Part shown: one piece after another, positions 29,066 to 38,182 of the stretch
How positions within the stretch are numbered: the stretch's first letter is position 1
Layout: each line of letters starts with the position of its first letter
Assembly (NCBI GenBank): GCA_050294405.1
Contig: JBNKOC010000028.1
Coordinates: 64,001 to 128,000, forward strand
Source of the DNA: Fibrobacteria bacterium
GTDB taxonomy: Bacteria > Fibrobacterota > Fibrobacteria > UBA11236 > JADFYW01
DNA: 64,000 bases
Direction: 5' to 3'
Made by a program: the position numbers and the translations under genes
Notes under the pieces: model-generated
Database searches by the model: none
Seen by the model: only the letters and a program-made list of their open reading frames with translations
Told to the model about the DNA's origin: nothing

Positions 29066-30064
29066 ATGATTAAAAATATTTTTAAAGTTAAAAAGCTACT
29101 ATTAAACCTGGTTATTTTGCAAGCAACACTCTCCCCAGGTTTTGCTTTTCAGGAAAAACTGGAAGAAATGCTAACAAGCCTTATGGAACCCTTGGGTAGT
29201 GAAGCTGGAAAAGTCATTGCCGTGATTCCCTTTGAAACAGGCCATAAAGTCAAAGACGATGCAGGTTTATCTGTGGCGGAATATTCTGTAGTGTTCTTTA
29301 AAAACTATCAAAAACATACTGTGGTGGAGCGCACTCAGTTTGCCAAAGTACTAGAGGAAATGGAATTGGCTCAATCGGATTTAGTGGAAGAAAGCAAGCA
29401 AATTGAATTGGGAAAAATGTTATCGGCCAACTGGATATTGGTGGGTTCGGTGACCGAGGCCTTTGGCAAGCGTAACATTACAGCCCGCATGGTTGATGTG
29501 AATACCGCTGAGGTTTTATCCAGCAAGACGGTAGTAGTTGGACCGGAGTCCATGGATAATTTTATGAAAGAATTGCTGGGAGAAAAAGGCCAGGTTTCCG
29601 CAGCCATATTTCGCTCGGCAGTTGTTCCTGGCTGGGGGCAATTTTTTACCAACCATCCCGTTAGGGGCTCTCTGAGTCTGGCTTTATTTCTCGGCGCTGC
29701 GGGAACGGGAGTTTTTTACGGCATACAAAGCGCTTCAGCCCAAAGCGATTACGAAGCCTTTAGTGTGGATGACGAACAGCAAAGGCTTATTGAACAAAAC
29801 TGCGATGGTTTAAGCGGCAATGAATTGGGTGCTTGCGGCAACGAGCAGGAGCCCGTGGCCAGACAAACCAAAAAGGATATGTATAGCGATTATGAAGATG
29901 CCCGTTCTTCTGCCATATTGTGGGGTGTTATTACCGGGGGTGTATACTTGGTCAATCTGGGCGATGCCGCTTTGGCGGGTTTACAGGCTAAGTCTAAATT
30001 TGATTTGTATTTTTCAGCTATTCCGGGAAGGAGTTTAGGAGTCAATCTGGCTTATCAGTTTTAA
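29066..30064 (+). CDS. Exported CsgG/FlgO (TolB-N)-like protein with DUF5683-like C-terminal membrane domain
   Basis: Signal peptide; IAVIPF, VVERTQF.KVLEE, LGKMLSA..IL.GSV, ARMVDVNTAEV; RSAVVPGWGQF; ends NLAYQF; GGGAG SD before ATG 29066. Confidence 0.8.
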   Translation: MIKNIFKVKKLLLNLVILQATLSPGFAFQEKLEEMLTSLMEPLGSEAGKVIAVIPFETGHKVKDDAGLSVAEYSVVFFKNYQKHTVVERTQFAKVLEEMELAQSDLVEESKQIELGKMLSANWILVGSVTEAFGKRNITARMVDVNTAEVLSSKTVVVGPESMDNFMKELLGEKGQVSAAIFRSAVVPGWGQFFTNHPVRGSLSLALFLGAAGTGVFYGIQSASAQSDYEAFSVDDEQQRLIEQNCDGLSGNELGACGNEQEPVARQTKKDMYSDYEDARSSAILWGVITGGVYLVNLGDAALAGLQAKSKFDLYFSAIPGRSLGVNLAYQF

Positions 30065-30092
30065 AAACAATCTCGGTAACGGCGACGATGTA

Positions 30093-31103
30093 TTAAGTTG
30101 TGAGGGGCGTTTTTTGAGAGCCCCTGTGTTTTACCGGGTATAATATAATATTACCCAACTTTTGTCCGGATTCTGCGTATACAAAAGCCTCCACAATTTG
30201 TTCCAAATCAAAACTTTTATCTATTAAGGGATTAAATTCTTTTTTTTCTAAAAGCTCGGCGGCCATAGCGAGACTTCTTTTAATGTTAAAGGGAAATGGA
30301 AACAAAACCCTTTGTTTTCTTCTTTTCTTGGAATACAACTTTCCCCATATCGGTAAATAAAGGTTTTCCATTCCCGGCCCAAGTTCTGAGGAAATGTATA
30401 TGCCATCCCCCTTTAAGATTGTCTTGCAAGCGCTAAAATGGCTTTTGCCAACGGCATCAAATACATAGTCAAATTTTTGGGATAACCGGGTAAAATTCTC
30501 CGACTTATAATTTAAAACTTTTTTTGCTCCCAGCTTTTGCACTTTTCCTATGGCTTCTTCAGAAGCGCTGGCCCATACCTCTATTTTAAAATATTCCAAA
30601 ATTTGAATAAGGGCGGATCCTATGGCCCCGGAGCCCCCGTTTACAAATGCCTTTTGGCCATCTTGTAATGAAACCTTGTTGGCCATATTGTAGGCGTAGT
30701 GGAAACCTTCAGCGCTGGCGGCAGCGGCTTCAAATGTAACACTCTCAGGAACAATATGTATAGGTGCATCTTCGCCAATGGCTAAAAATTCAGCATGGCT
30801 GGATAGCCCGTTGTCATTAAAACCAAATAGTTTATCTCCGGCTTTAAATTTTTTCACTTCTGATCCCGTTTCAACTACAACTCCGCTAAAATCTGTGCCT
30901 GTGGTATTTAATTTGGGTTTAAATACACCTGTCATCAAACGCATGATGATAGGCTGAGCCCGTAAAATGGCGCAATCGCTGCGATTCACCGTGGTAGCCT
31001 TTACTTTCACTAAAATTTCATTCGCTTTTAGTATGGGCTTGGATGTTTCCTTTATGGAAAGAACATGAGGCGGCCCGTAATTTTTATGTTCCACCGTTCT
31101 CAT
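30093..31103 (-). CDS. Zinc-independent MDR NAD(P)H oxidoreductase (quinone oxidoreductase-like)
   Basis: YGPPHVL, VKVKATTVNRSD, GTDFSGVV..G..V..FK.GD, NGGSGAIG, DYVFDAVG. Confidence 0.93.
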   Translation of the reverse strand: MRTVEHKNYGPPHVLSIKETSKPILKANEILVKVKATTVNRSDCAILRAQPIIMRLMTGVFKPKLNTTGTDFSGVVVETGSEVKKFKAGDKLFGFNDNGLSSHAEFLAIGEDAPIHIVPESVTFEAAAASAEGFHYAYNMANKVSLQDGQKAFVNGGSGAIGSALIQILEYFKIEVWASASEEAIGKVQKLGAKKVLNYKSENFTRLSQKFDYVFDAVGKSHFSACKTILKGDGIYISSELGPGMENLYLPIWGKLYSKKRRKQRVLFPFPFNIKRSLAMAAELLEKKEFNPLIDKSFDLEQIVEAFVYAESGQKLGNIILYPVKHRGSQKTPLTT

Positions 31104-32077
31104 TGTTCATTTCCGCCGGATACGTTTACAACTATTTTCCCACAAGCTTTTTGACTTCCCAAATGCCCAAAGGCTTCCACAACATCTTCGAAATCAAATA
31201 GCTTATCCACAAACAATTTTAATTTTCCGCTTTGCAATAAGTCTAATAAGGTTTCGAATCCCCGATTTGGTTTAATTCCCAGGAGCTTTAATTTTTTGGA
31301 TCCAGCTAAAGACAACATGCTTCCCCAGCTCAACACTTCCAGAATCCGGGAAACCGGCCCGCCCACCATTAGGTAACATCCGCCCTTGTGTAATATTTTT
31401 TTATACTGGTTCATGCTGTGGGATGCCGCTAAATCCAGAATCAAATGGTATTTATCTTTCTCCTGAGTGATATTTTGACTCCGGTAATCGATACATATAT
31501 CTGCGCCAGCTTTTTCCATCGCTTCTTTTTTGTGGCCTAAATCCACGGCACTCACACGGGCCCCCTTTAGTTTGGCTAATTGAATGGCCAATAAACCAGA
31601 ACCCCCTCCGGCCCCGTTAATTAAAACGCTGGAATTTTTACGGACTAATAGCTGATTCCAAATACCTTGTAGGGCAATGGCAGCTGATTGAGGAAGACAA
31701 GCGGCCTCTATAAAGCTGAGGGAAGGGGGCTTTAAATGAAGCATGGATTCCGGAACACAAACATATTGCGAAAGGCCTCCCCATTTTCCCATAATATCCC
31801 CAAAAACCTTGTCGCCCGCTTTAAATTGACGGACTTCTTCCCCCACTTGAACGACCTGGCCTGCCACATCAGAACCCAATATTTGTACTTTTGGCCTAAA
31901 CACCCCCCAAGCTCGTGTGTATAAAGGCTTTCCTGTTAAAAATTCCCAATCAGAGGCGTTAAGGGCAACGGCTTTAACTTCAATTAAAACTTCTTTTTTT
32001 TTGGGCGCAGGTTTTGGAAATTGGCCCAGCTTTAAGTTGGAAACGCCTCCGTATTGCTGATAATAATAGGCCTGCAT
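31100..32077 (-). CDS. Zinc-independent MDR NAD(P)H oxidoreductase (quinone oxidoreductase-like)
   Basis: VKAVALNASDW, LGSDVAGQV..VG..V..FKAGD, INGAGGGSG, GKIVV; ATGA overlap with the downstream paralog. Confidence 0.93.
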   Translation of the reverse strand: MQAYYYQQYGGVSNLKLGQFPKPAPKKKEVLIEVKAVALNASDWEFLTGKPLYTRAWGVFRPKVQILGSDVAGQVVQVGEEVRQFKAGDKVFGDIMGKWGGLSQYVCVPESMLHLKPPSLSFIEAACLPQSAAIALQGIWNQLLVRKNSSVLINGAGGGSGLLAIQLAKLKGARVSAVDLGHKKEAMEKAGADICIDYRSQNITQEKDKYHLILDLAASHSMNQYKKILHKGGCYLMVGGPVSRILEVLSWGSMLSLAGSKKLKLLGIKPNRGFETLLDLLQSGKLKLFVDKLFDFEDVVEAFGHLGSQKACGKIVVNVSGGNEQ

Positions 32078-32129
32078 GATTTTAGTGGTTATGGTTCTTG
32101 GCTTTGCTTGGAGTAAGATAAAAAATAGT

Positions 32130-32172
32130 TAGTGTATATTATACACTATAATATAGTGTTAAATTTACACTA
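32130..32172. promoter_or_regulatory. Two tandem NrtR-type operators upstream of the MDR genes
   Basis: TAGTGTATATTATACACTA (32130-32148) and TAGTGTTAAATTTACACTA (32154-32172); GT-N7-AC palindromes. Confidence 0.85.
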
Positions 32173-32214
32173 TGTCAAATAAAATAACCCCTCTAAAAAC
32201 TATGCCGGCAAATA

Positions 32215-32910
32215 TTAAATTTCGAAGTGAAAGCCGGACTTGGCCAATTGTAGATAGCGTTTTTTGTTGAAACTATAAAGTCTGGCGGCCCGATGGGCCA
32301 CATTGCTTTGAGTTTCGTTCAATTCAATTAGTAAATCGTAGGACAGAATTTTTTTGCGGAAATTGCGTTTGTCCAGTTTGTCTTCCAACACAATTTCATA
32401 AAGTTGCTGCAACTGGGTGAGGGAAAATTTTTTGGGCAAAAGCTCAAAACCCAGGGGCTGACGTTTAATTTTGCTACGGATTTGCAAAAGAGCATCCGTT
32501 AAAATTTGCTGGTGATCAAAAGCCAAAGCCGGACAATTGTGAAGGGTAAACCAGGCGGCATCGCTGGCGTCGGTTCCCCCCACAGGTTTTAAATGATTCA
32601 TTTTCACCAGAGCCACAAAAGCAACTGTGACCACCCGGTCCCGTGGGTCCCTCTTGGGTTGGCTATAGGCAGCGAGTTGCTCCATGTATATGTCTTTAAG
32701 GCCGGTCTCCTCCTGAAGTTCGCGGCTGGCGGCCTCTTCCAGAGTTTCCTCCATGGTCATAAAACCACCGGGTAGGGCCCACTTATTTTTAAAAGGGGGG
32801 AGTTTGCGTTGTATCAAAAGAATTTTAAGGCATTTTTCATGGAGATCTAGGCCTATGACCACGCAATCAACAGTTAAGGCTGGGCGGGGGTATTTGTAAG
32901 AGTATTTCAT
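32215..32910 (-). CDS. nrtR: NrtR-family Nudix-related transcriptional regulator
   Basis: LTVDCVV, WALPGGF....ETLEEAASRELQEETGL (Nudix), RDPR.RVV, LAFDH, wHTH LYE....LDKRNFRKK, RAARLY. Confidence 0.93.
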   Translation of the reverse strand: MKYSYKYPRPALTVDCVVIGLDLHEKCLKILLIQRKLPPFKNKWALPGGFMTMEETLEEAASRELQEETGLKDIYMEQLAAYSQPKRDPRDRVVTVAFVALVKMNHLKPVGGTDASDAAWFTLHNCPALAFDHQQILTDALLQIRSKIKRQPLGFELLPKKFSLTQLQQLYEIVLEDKLDKRNFRKKILSYDLLIELNETQSNVAHRAARLYSFNKKRYLQLAKSGFHFEI

Positions 32911-32938
32911 AAAACCGAATTAAATAAAAATCAGCATT

Positions 32939-32957
32939 TAGTGTATAAAATACACTA
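32939..32957. promoter_or_regulatory. NrtR-type operator (autoregulation)
   Basis: TAGTGTATAAAATACACTA about 30 bp upstream of the nrtR ATG. Confidence 0.85.
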
Positions 32958-32985
32958 TTATCCGGCAGGGGCGAGGCCCAATTTT

Positions 32986-33507
32986 TTAAGACCTGTTAAA
33001 ATAACGCTCTTTTAAAACCCCTATGTGGTGCATGGCATGGCCTATCATTTGAAAACCCAGAGCCAGGGGGCAAACTTCAACCTCAAAACAAACTCCCCGG
33101 GCCAAAAGCATGGGTTTATTCATGTGGGAAAAAAGCATAATACTGGATTTGCGCACACTTTGAAATTCCTCCAGAAGTTCGGGCATGGATTTTTGAAAAT
33201 GAGCACAGGCGCTTGCGTATTTGTTTTCATCGTAACCGGGTAACTTTAAACCCGGCTCCCGAGAAAAGGCTAAGGCACGGTAGGCCTGAACCCTATCATT
33301 ATCTATTACATGCTGCAAAATCTGTTTGGGAGTCCACTTGCCTTCTTCATAACGAAAATCCTGATATTGCAAAAGCTTTTCTTCCATTTTTTGAAAATCC
33401 ATTTGGGTATTTTCCAATGCCTCTAAAATATTTTCGGAAGGATTTACCAACTTGATATATCTATCAAAAAATGGAGGCATGAATTCCAAATCGTTAACGC
33501 TGAGCAT
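32986..33507 (-). CDS. DinB-family protein
   Basis: YEEGKWTPKQILQHVID..R...YRAL.F.R, LPGYDEN.Y, GHAMHH. Confidence 0.9.
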   Translation of the reverse strand: MLSVNDLEFMPPFFDRYIKLVNPSENILEALENTQMDFQKMEEKLLQYQDFRYEEGKWTPKQILQHVIDNDRVQAYRALAFSREPGLKLPGYDENKYASACAHFQKSMPELLEEFQSVRKSSIMLFSHMNKPMLLARGVCFEVEVCPLALGFQMIGHAMHHIGVLKERYFNRS

Positions 33508-33574
33508 TTTGTTTCCTTTTGAGTTCTAAGCTTGTCTGGCCTTATTTTTGCAAAAAATAGCATTTTTCAAATAA

Positions 33575-33645
33575 TGTGAGGAAAATCAAATCCTGGATTA
33601 TTTGTGATCCCAATCACCAGGGACAGATAAAAATAAGTGCATATT
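33575..33645 (+). promoter_or_regulatory. Tandem CRP-family sites with class II promoter geometry
   Basis: TGTGA-GGAAAA-TCAAA (33575-33590), TGTGA-TCCCAA-TCACC (33603-33618), CATATT at 33640-33645. Confidence 0.72.
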
Positions 33646-33794
33646 TTAATTAGCCGTTAAATAAAAACGGATGGAGGCAAAAAAAATATTAATTTTTAGG
33701 ATGTCGCAAAAATGTCAATATCAAGCTGCCGAATTTTATATGACATCATTACCCAATCGGATAATCACAACATCCGAAAAAGTCAGGAAAAAGT

Positions 33795-36700
33795 ATGAAA
33801 AATAAAATTGCATTCACCTTACTAACATTGCTGTTTGTCTTTTTGGCCGCATGTACCAAGACTCCCAGCGAACCCGATGGGGATGGCAAGGAAACCGTAA
33901 TCAAAGGAAAGTTGGTGGACAAGGACAATAATCCCATTGAAGGCGCTGTGGTGAGCCTTGAATCGGGAGATGCCAATCCGGCCATTACAGATGAAAACGG
34001 AGAGTTTATTTTAAGTGATGTGGAGGATGGGGAACATGTGTTGCTTATATACCATCCCGATTGGCAGCCCGAGGATAAACTGGAACTGGAAATCACTAAG
34101 GGCCAGACTTATGATTTTGAAGACCCCATTCAAATGGCCTCGGCTTATTACAACATAAAGGGAAATGTGGTGGCAGGAGCCTCCCAGGCTTTAGCCGGAG
34201 CTGGAATTGCAATTTCGGGCACAGATATTTCGGCCCTTACAGATTCCGATGGGGAATTTGATTTGCCACAGGTGCCCAAGAGCCTGGAAAAAATTGTGTT
34301 GCTGGCTGCCCATTCCGATGTGGGTTTCACTTCCATAGTCATAACGCCGGATGGTGAAGACCTGATAACCATTGAAGACATTGAACTTACAAATCAAAAC
34401 GGGGTTACCGTTTCCGGAAAGGTGCTGGATTCGGAAAATAAACCTATGCCTAATATATTAGTTCAGGCCATTGGAAACGGCTTGCAGGACACCACTAATA
34501 TTAAAGGGGAATACTTAATTAAAAATATTCCCAGCAATCAGGCCGGTGTGCGCATTGCGGTGCCTCCCACAGAGGATGGTTACGCAGGAGCGGTAATGGG
34601 TTTTGAGGCGAAACCAAACACCCACGTTTTTGGAATGGATATTACTTTGAAAAAAGTAGATCCCAAAAATGGAATCAGCTTTGTAACTACCGATCTAATC
34701 GTAAGAGACGATGATGAAGAAGTGCGTTTTGTGGTTTTCCCCATTTTGGAGGAAGATATTGTGGTGACCGAGTACCAATGGAAATTAAAAGAAGGGGAGG
34801 TTTTAGGTCTTACGGACAGGCCTTATGCTAAGGTTTTGGTTTCCGATTTGAAGGCCGCTGTGGAGGGTTTGGATTTGGATATTAAAGACCCAATAACCAT
34901 AGAAGTTTTGGCTAAAAACCAGGATGGGAAAAACAGCGCCACCTACAGCTTTAATATTACCATTCGCACCGATGAACCTGAATTTATTGAAGTAGGGGCC
35001 ACCACCTCTAAAAATGTGGAGCTCATGGACTCCCTCTCTGTTTTACAAGGCGAAGCGGTGAGCTTTATGGTAAAGGCCTATGACCCATTTGGGGGGCTTA
35101 GCTCTTTGGAATTAGACCCAGGTGATGAAAGCGATGTAATAACTGTGGCTTTGGACTCCAGTTTTCGGCTGTCCCATGTATATGAAGAAGTGGGAAATTA
35201 TGAGGCCATAATCACTATTAAGGATACAGATGACAATGAAAAAACCAAGAAGATATATATTGAAGTGACACCGTCTTCCCTGGAAAAAGCCCAACTTGAT
35301 TTCCCTTATCCCCAATATGTTAATCCGGAAAAAGACAAAAAAGTCAGTTTTAGTTGGGCTCCGGTGGTGGGAGAAAATGTGAGTTATGATGTTCTACTGG
35401 ATGCGGTGAACGATCCCCCCTATACTGTCGCAGCAGAAAATGTGGAGGGCACCTCGGTAAGTTTGACTCTTGATTCCGGCGTTGTTTACTTGTGGAGAGT
35501 GGTTGCCAAAGATGGAGATTTAATATCTTATTCTGAGATCAGAGAGGTAAGCGGTTTTAAAGAAAGGAACTATGAAGAAATCCAGGTGGAGCCAAAAAAC
35601 AATTCTTCACTGAATAATCTGTCCGCAACCTTTAGATTTTTACACGAAGACAATAGCACCTACCAGATATATTTGGGCTTCGGACCTGCAACCATGGCTC
35701 CTTTGGGAGATCCAATTGACTATTATTACTCACAGGACACGGCTCGATTTGTGAAAAGCGGATTGGTAGCGAATAAAACCTATGTATGGACTATTATTAG
35801 GGAAGATGAAGATGGTGTAAAACACCAAAGCGAAATCTGGTCCTTTAAAACCCCCAATACGGTTCCTACTGCTCCCTACCCTCGTTCTCCCAGCGGCAGT
35901 TATATTAGCCAGAAAAGCCCCATTAGCTTTAGCTGGGATATGTCCACAGATGCCGATGGGGACCAGCTTTACAACATTATATTCCTGGATACCCAAAACC
36001 CACCCTTTAATGTGGTAGCCGTGGTGAACGATACCGATGAATATGTTTATGAAGAAGGTGTGGAAGAAACGGGGACTTATTACTGGAGAGTAGCCACCAC
36101 CGATGGCCGGGATACCAGCTGGAGCAGCGAAAGTTATACACGAACCATTACTATTGTGAGCGGCGGCGTGGGGGCTGATATTTTAACTACTCCCGAAGAT
36201 TCTGCAGATGTGCAATTAAATTCCAGCAGCAGGGCCAGATTCCAGTGGACTCAGGAAGCGGGGCTCAGCTATAAGTTCTTAATTGGCGAAAGCATAGATG
36301 AAATGGACACCATAACATCGGCTATTTATAATGATGGGGATGAAAAATACCATGAAGAAATACTTCAGGGCAACCGCCAGTATTTTTGGACTGTAATTTC
36401 TACCGATGGACAGGGAAATGCAGTGGCAAGCCCAGTGCGCGCAATTTTTACTCTAAATCAGGCTCCTTCAGCGCCTGCTCCCTTATCACCGCGCAGCACT
36501 ACTGTTTTGGAAAACGAGGATATTGTATTAAGCTGGAGGCCAGCTGTTGATAAAGATGAGGACACGCTGACATACATAGTGTATTTTGAAAACATCAGTG
36601 CCCGTCCAGCCACTGAAATAATCGGTACCACGGCAGATAGCTTTTTCACCATTGAAGGGGGCATAGATTCGGCAACCCAGTTCTTCTGGCATGTGTTGGC

Positions 36701-38060
36701 AACGGATGGGCAGGACACAATCGCCTCTGGAGATAACAATTGGTTTTATACCAATTTGCCTCCGGAAATTTCCACGCAACCCTCAGACACAAGTATTTCT
36801 GTGGGAATCCCTTATTCATTGGAAATTTCTGTTAACGATCCCGATGAGGCCCAGACCCTTAATTGGTCGAATATATCTGTGCCTACGGGTTGGAGCACTT
36901 CCAAAGTAGACAATAACATGGGCAGAATCAACTGGACACCCACTTTGAGCGATGTGGGCGAGCATACCATAAGTATCAGAGTTCGAGACAATAACTACAA
37001 TGTGTCTTACGATACGGTTAGCTGGACGGTCACAGTTAGCGAACCTGAAGGCAGCTGGGATGTTGTGGGCGGACGCAATTTTAATGGTGGTTCCGCGACT
37101 TTCCAAAAAATTGCCTTTGTGGGAAATGTTCCACATGTGGCTTACAGGGAAAGCAACAATTTATTTGTAAACAAATACGAGAGCTTTACCTGGCTTCCCG
37201 TGGGAGCGGATGCAGCTATAAACGATACATCTGTATATAATAATAACATTGCCTTTGCTGTGGACGGTGATACTCCATACTTGATTTACAAAAATGGTTT
37301 TAGCCCTTATCAATTAGTAGCAAAGAGTTTTGGAGGAACGACTTGGGATACGGTAGGATCCGGGGCATTTGGGTCCCCTTATTACGCTGGCTCTGTTAGC
37401 CTGGCCTTTTCTGGAGGCATACCCCATGTGGCTTATGAAAACACGGGTAGAGAAGCCATTGTGGAAAAATTGAATGGTGCAGCCTGGGATACCCTGGGTA
37501 CGGGAATTCTAACAGCGACAGATGCTTATAGTCTGAGCATGCAGGTAGATGGAAGTAACGGAGATATTTACGTGGCCTTCAGGGATTATGCCAATACCGA
37601 ATTAGGAATGCGCAAGTTTGATGGCGCCACCTGGCTGGGCACTGCTGCCAGCTCTTCTGATGGAGATATCAGTCAGGTTTCCCTGGCTGTGGATGCCGCA
37701 GACAATAGCTTTTATGCTGCTTTTAGAGATACGGAAAACGGGAATACTTTAACCGTAATGCAATACAACGGTTCTGGTTGGGATGTTGTGGGCCAAAAAG
37801 CACTGGTGGCCATTAACAACCTGTTTAAAATTATTGCAGATAACGGAATATTGTATGTGCTTATTGAAGAAAGCAATAATCGCTTGTCTGTTATGAAATG
37901 GGAGGATAATTCCTGGGGCTACTTGGGTTACCCGCAGTTTACCCCTTCCAGCGCAGACAACTCTGATATGGCCTTGGATGCCAGTGGCAACCCTTGGGTG
38001 ATATTCAGAGATGGTGGCCAATCCAACGGCTCTACGGTTATGCAATACAGTCCAAACTAA
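33795..38060 (+). CDS. 1421-aa surface lipoprotein: carboxypeptidase-regulatory-like repeats, PKD/Fn3/cadherin-like Ig domains, C-terminal beta-propeller
   Basis: Lipobox FLAAC; three G.V.D....P..G..V......TD..GEF repeats; Fn3-like SW...D.D.D...Y...Y.W.V.A.DG units; WTPT..DVG; C-terminal G..P.VAY ... W..VG repeats. Confidence 0.85.
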   Translation: MKNKIAFTLLTLLFVFLAACTKTPSEPDGDGKETVIKGKLVDKDNNPIEGAVVSLESGDANPAITDENGEFILSDVEDGEHVLLIYHPDWQPEDKLELEITKGQTYDFEDPIQMASAYYNIKGNVVAGASQALAGAGIAISGTDISALTDSDGEFDLPQVPKSLEKIVLLAAHSDVGFTSIVITPDGEDLITIEDIELTNQNGVTVSGKVLDSENKPMPNILVQAIGNGLQDTTNIKGEYLIKNIPSNQAGVRIAVPPTEDGYAGAVMGFEAKPNTHVFGMDITLKKVDPKNGISFVTTDLIVRDDDEEVRFVVFPILEEDIVVTEYQWKLKEGEVLGLTDRPYAKVLVSDLKAAVEGLDLDIKDPITIEVLAKNQDGKNSATYSFNITIRTDEPEFIEVGATTSKNVELMDSLSVLQGEAVSFMVKAYDPFGGLSSLELDPGDESDVITVALDSSFRLSHVYEEVGNYEAIITIKDTDDNEKTKKIYIEVTPSSLEKAQLDFPYPQYVNPEKDKKVSFSWAPVVGENVSYDVLLDAVNDPPYTVAAENVEGTSVSLTLDSGVVYLWRVVAKDGDLISYSEIREVSGFKERNYEEIQVEPKNNSSLNNLSATFRFLHEDNSTYQIYLGFGPATMAPLGDPIDYYYSQDTARFVKSGLVANKTYVWTIIREDEDGVKHQSEIWSFKTPNTVPTAPYPRSPSGSYISQKSPISFSWDMSTDADGDQLYNIIFLDTQNPPFNVVAVVNDTDEYVYEEGVEETGTYYWRVATTDGRDTSWSSESYTRTITIVSGGVGADILTTPEDSADVQLNSSSRARFQWTQEAGLSYKFLIGESIDEMDTITSAIYNDGDEKYHEEILQGNRQYFWTVISTDGQGNAVASPVRAIFTLNQAPSAPAPLSPRSTTVLENEDIVLSWRPAVDKDEDTLTYIVYFENISARPATEIIGTTADSFFTIEGGIDSATQFFWHVLATDGQDTIASGDNNWFYTNLPPEISTQPSDTSISVGIPYSLEISVNDPDEAQTLNWSNISVPTGWSTSKVDNNMGRINWTPTLSDVGEHTISIRVRDNNYNVSYDTVSWTVTVSEPEGSWDVVGGRNFNGGSATFQKIAFVGNVPHVAYRESNNLFVNKYESFTWLPVGADAAINDTSVYNNNIAFAVDGDTPYLIYKNGFSPYQLVAKSFGGTTWDTVGSGAFGSPYYAGSVSLAFSGGIPHVAYENTGREAIVEKLNGAAWDTLGTGILTATDAYSLSMQVDGSNGDIYVAFRDYANTELGMRKFDGATWLGTAASSSDGDISQVSLAVDAADNSFYAAFRDTENGNTLTVMQYNGSGWDVVGQKALVAINNLFKIIADNGILYVLIEESNNRLSVMKWEDNSWGYLGYPQFTPSSADNSDMALDASGNPWVIFRDGGQSNGSTVMQYSPN

Positions 38061-38182
38061 ATGGCTTTTTCCCATAGGACTCTGTCGGATTTAAGCTTTG
38101 TAAAGCGAGGCTGAGCGAAAAATCGGGGATCAAGGCGCGTTTTGCAGACGTAATAAGGGGAATTAATAATTAAATTCCCCCT

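Noticed and set aside
32130..32172. Mini CRISPR array
   Set aside because: Two 19-bp palindromes only 5 bp apart, no spacers or cas genes; matches NrtR operators
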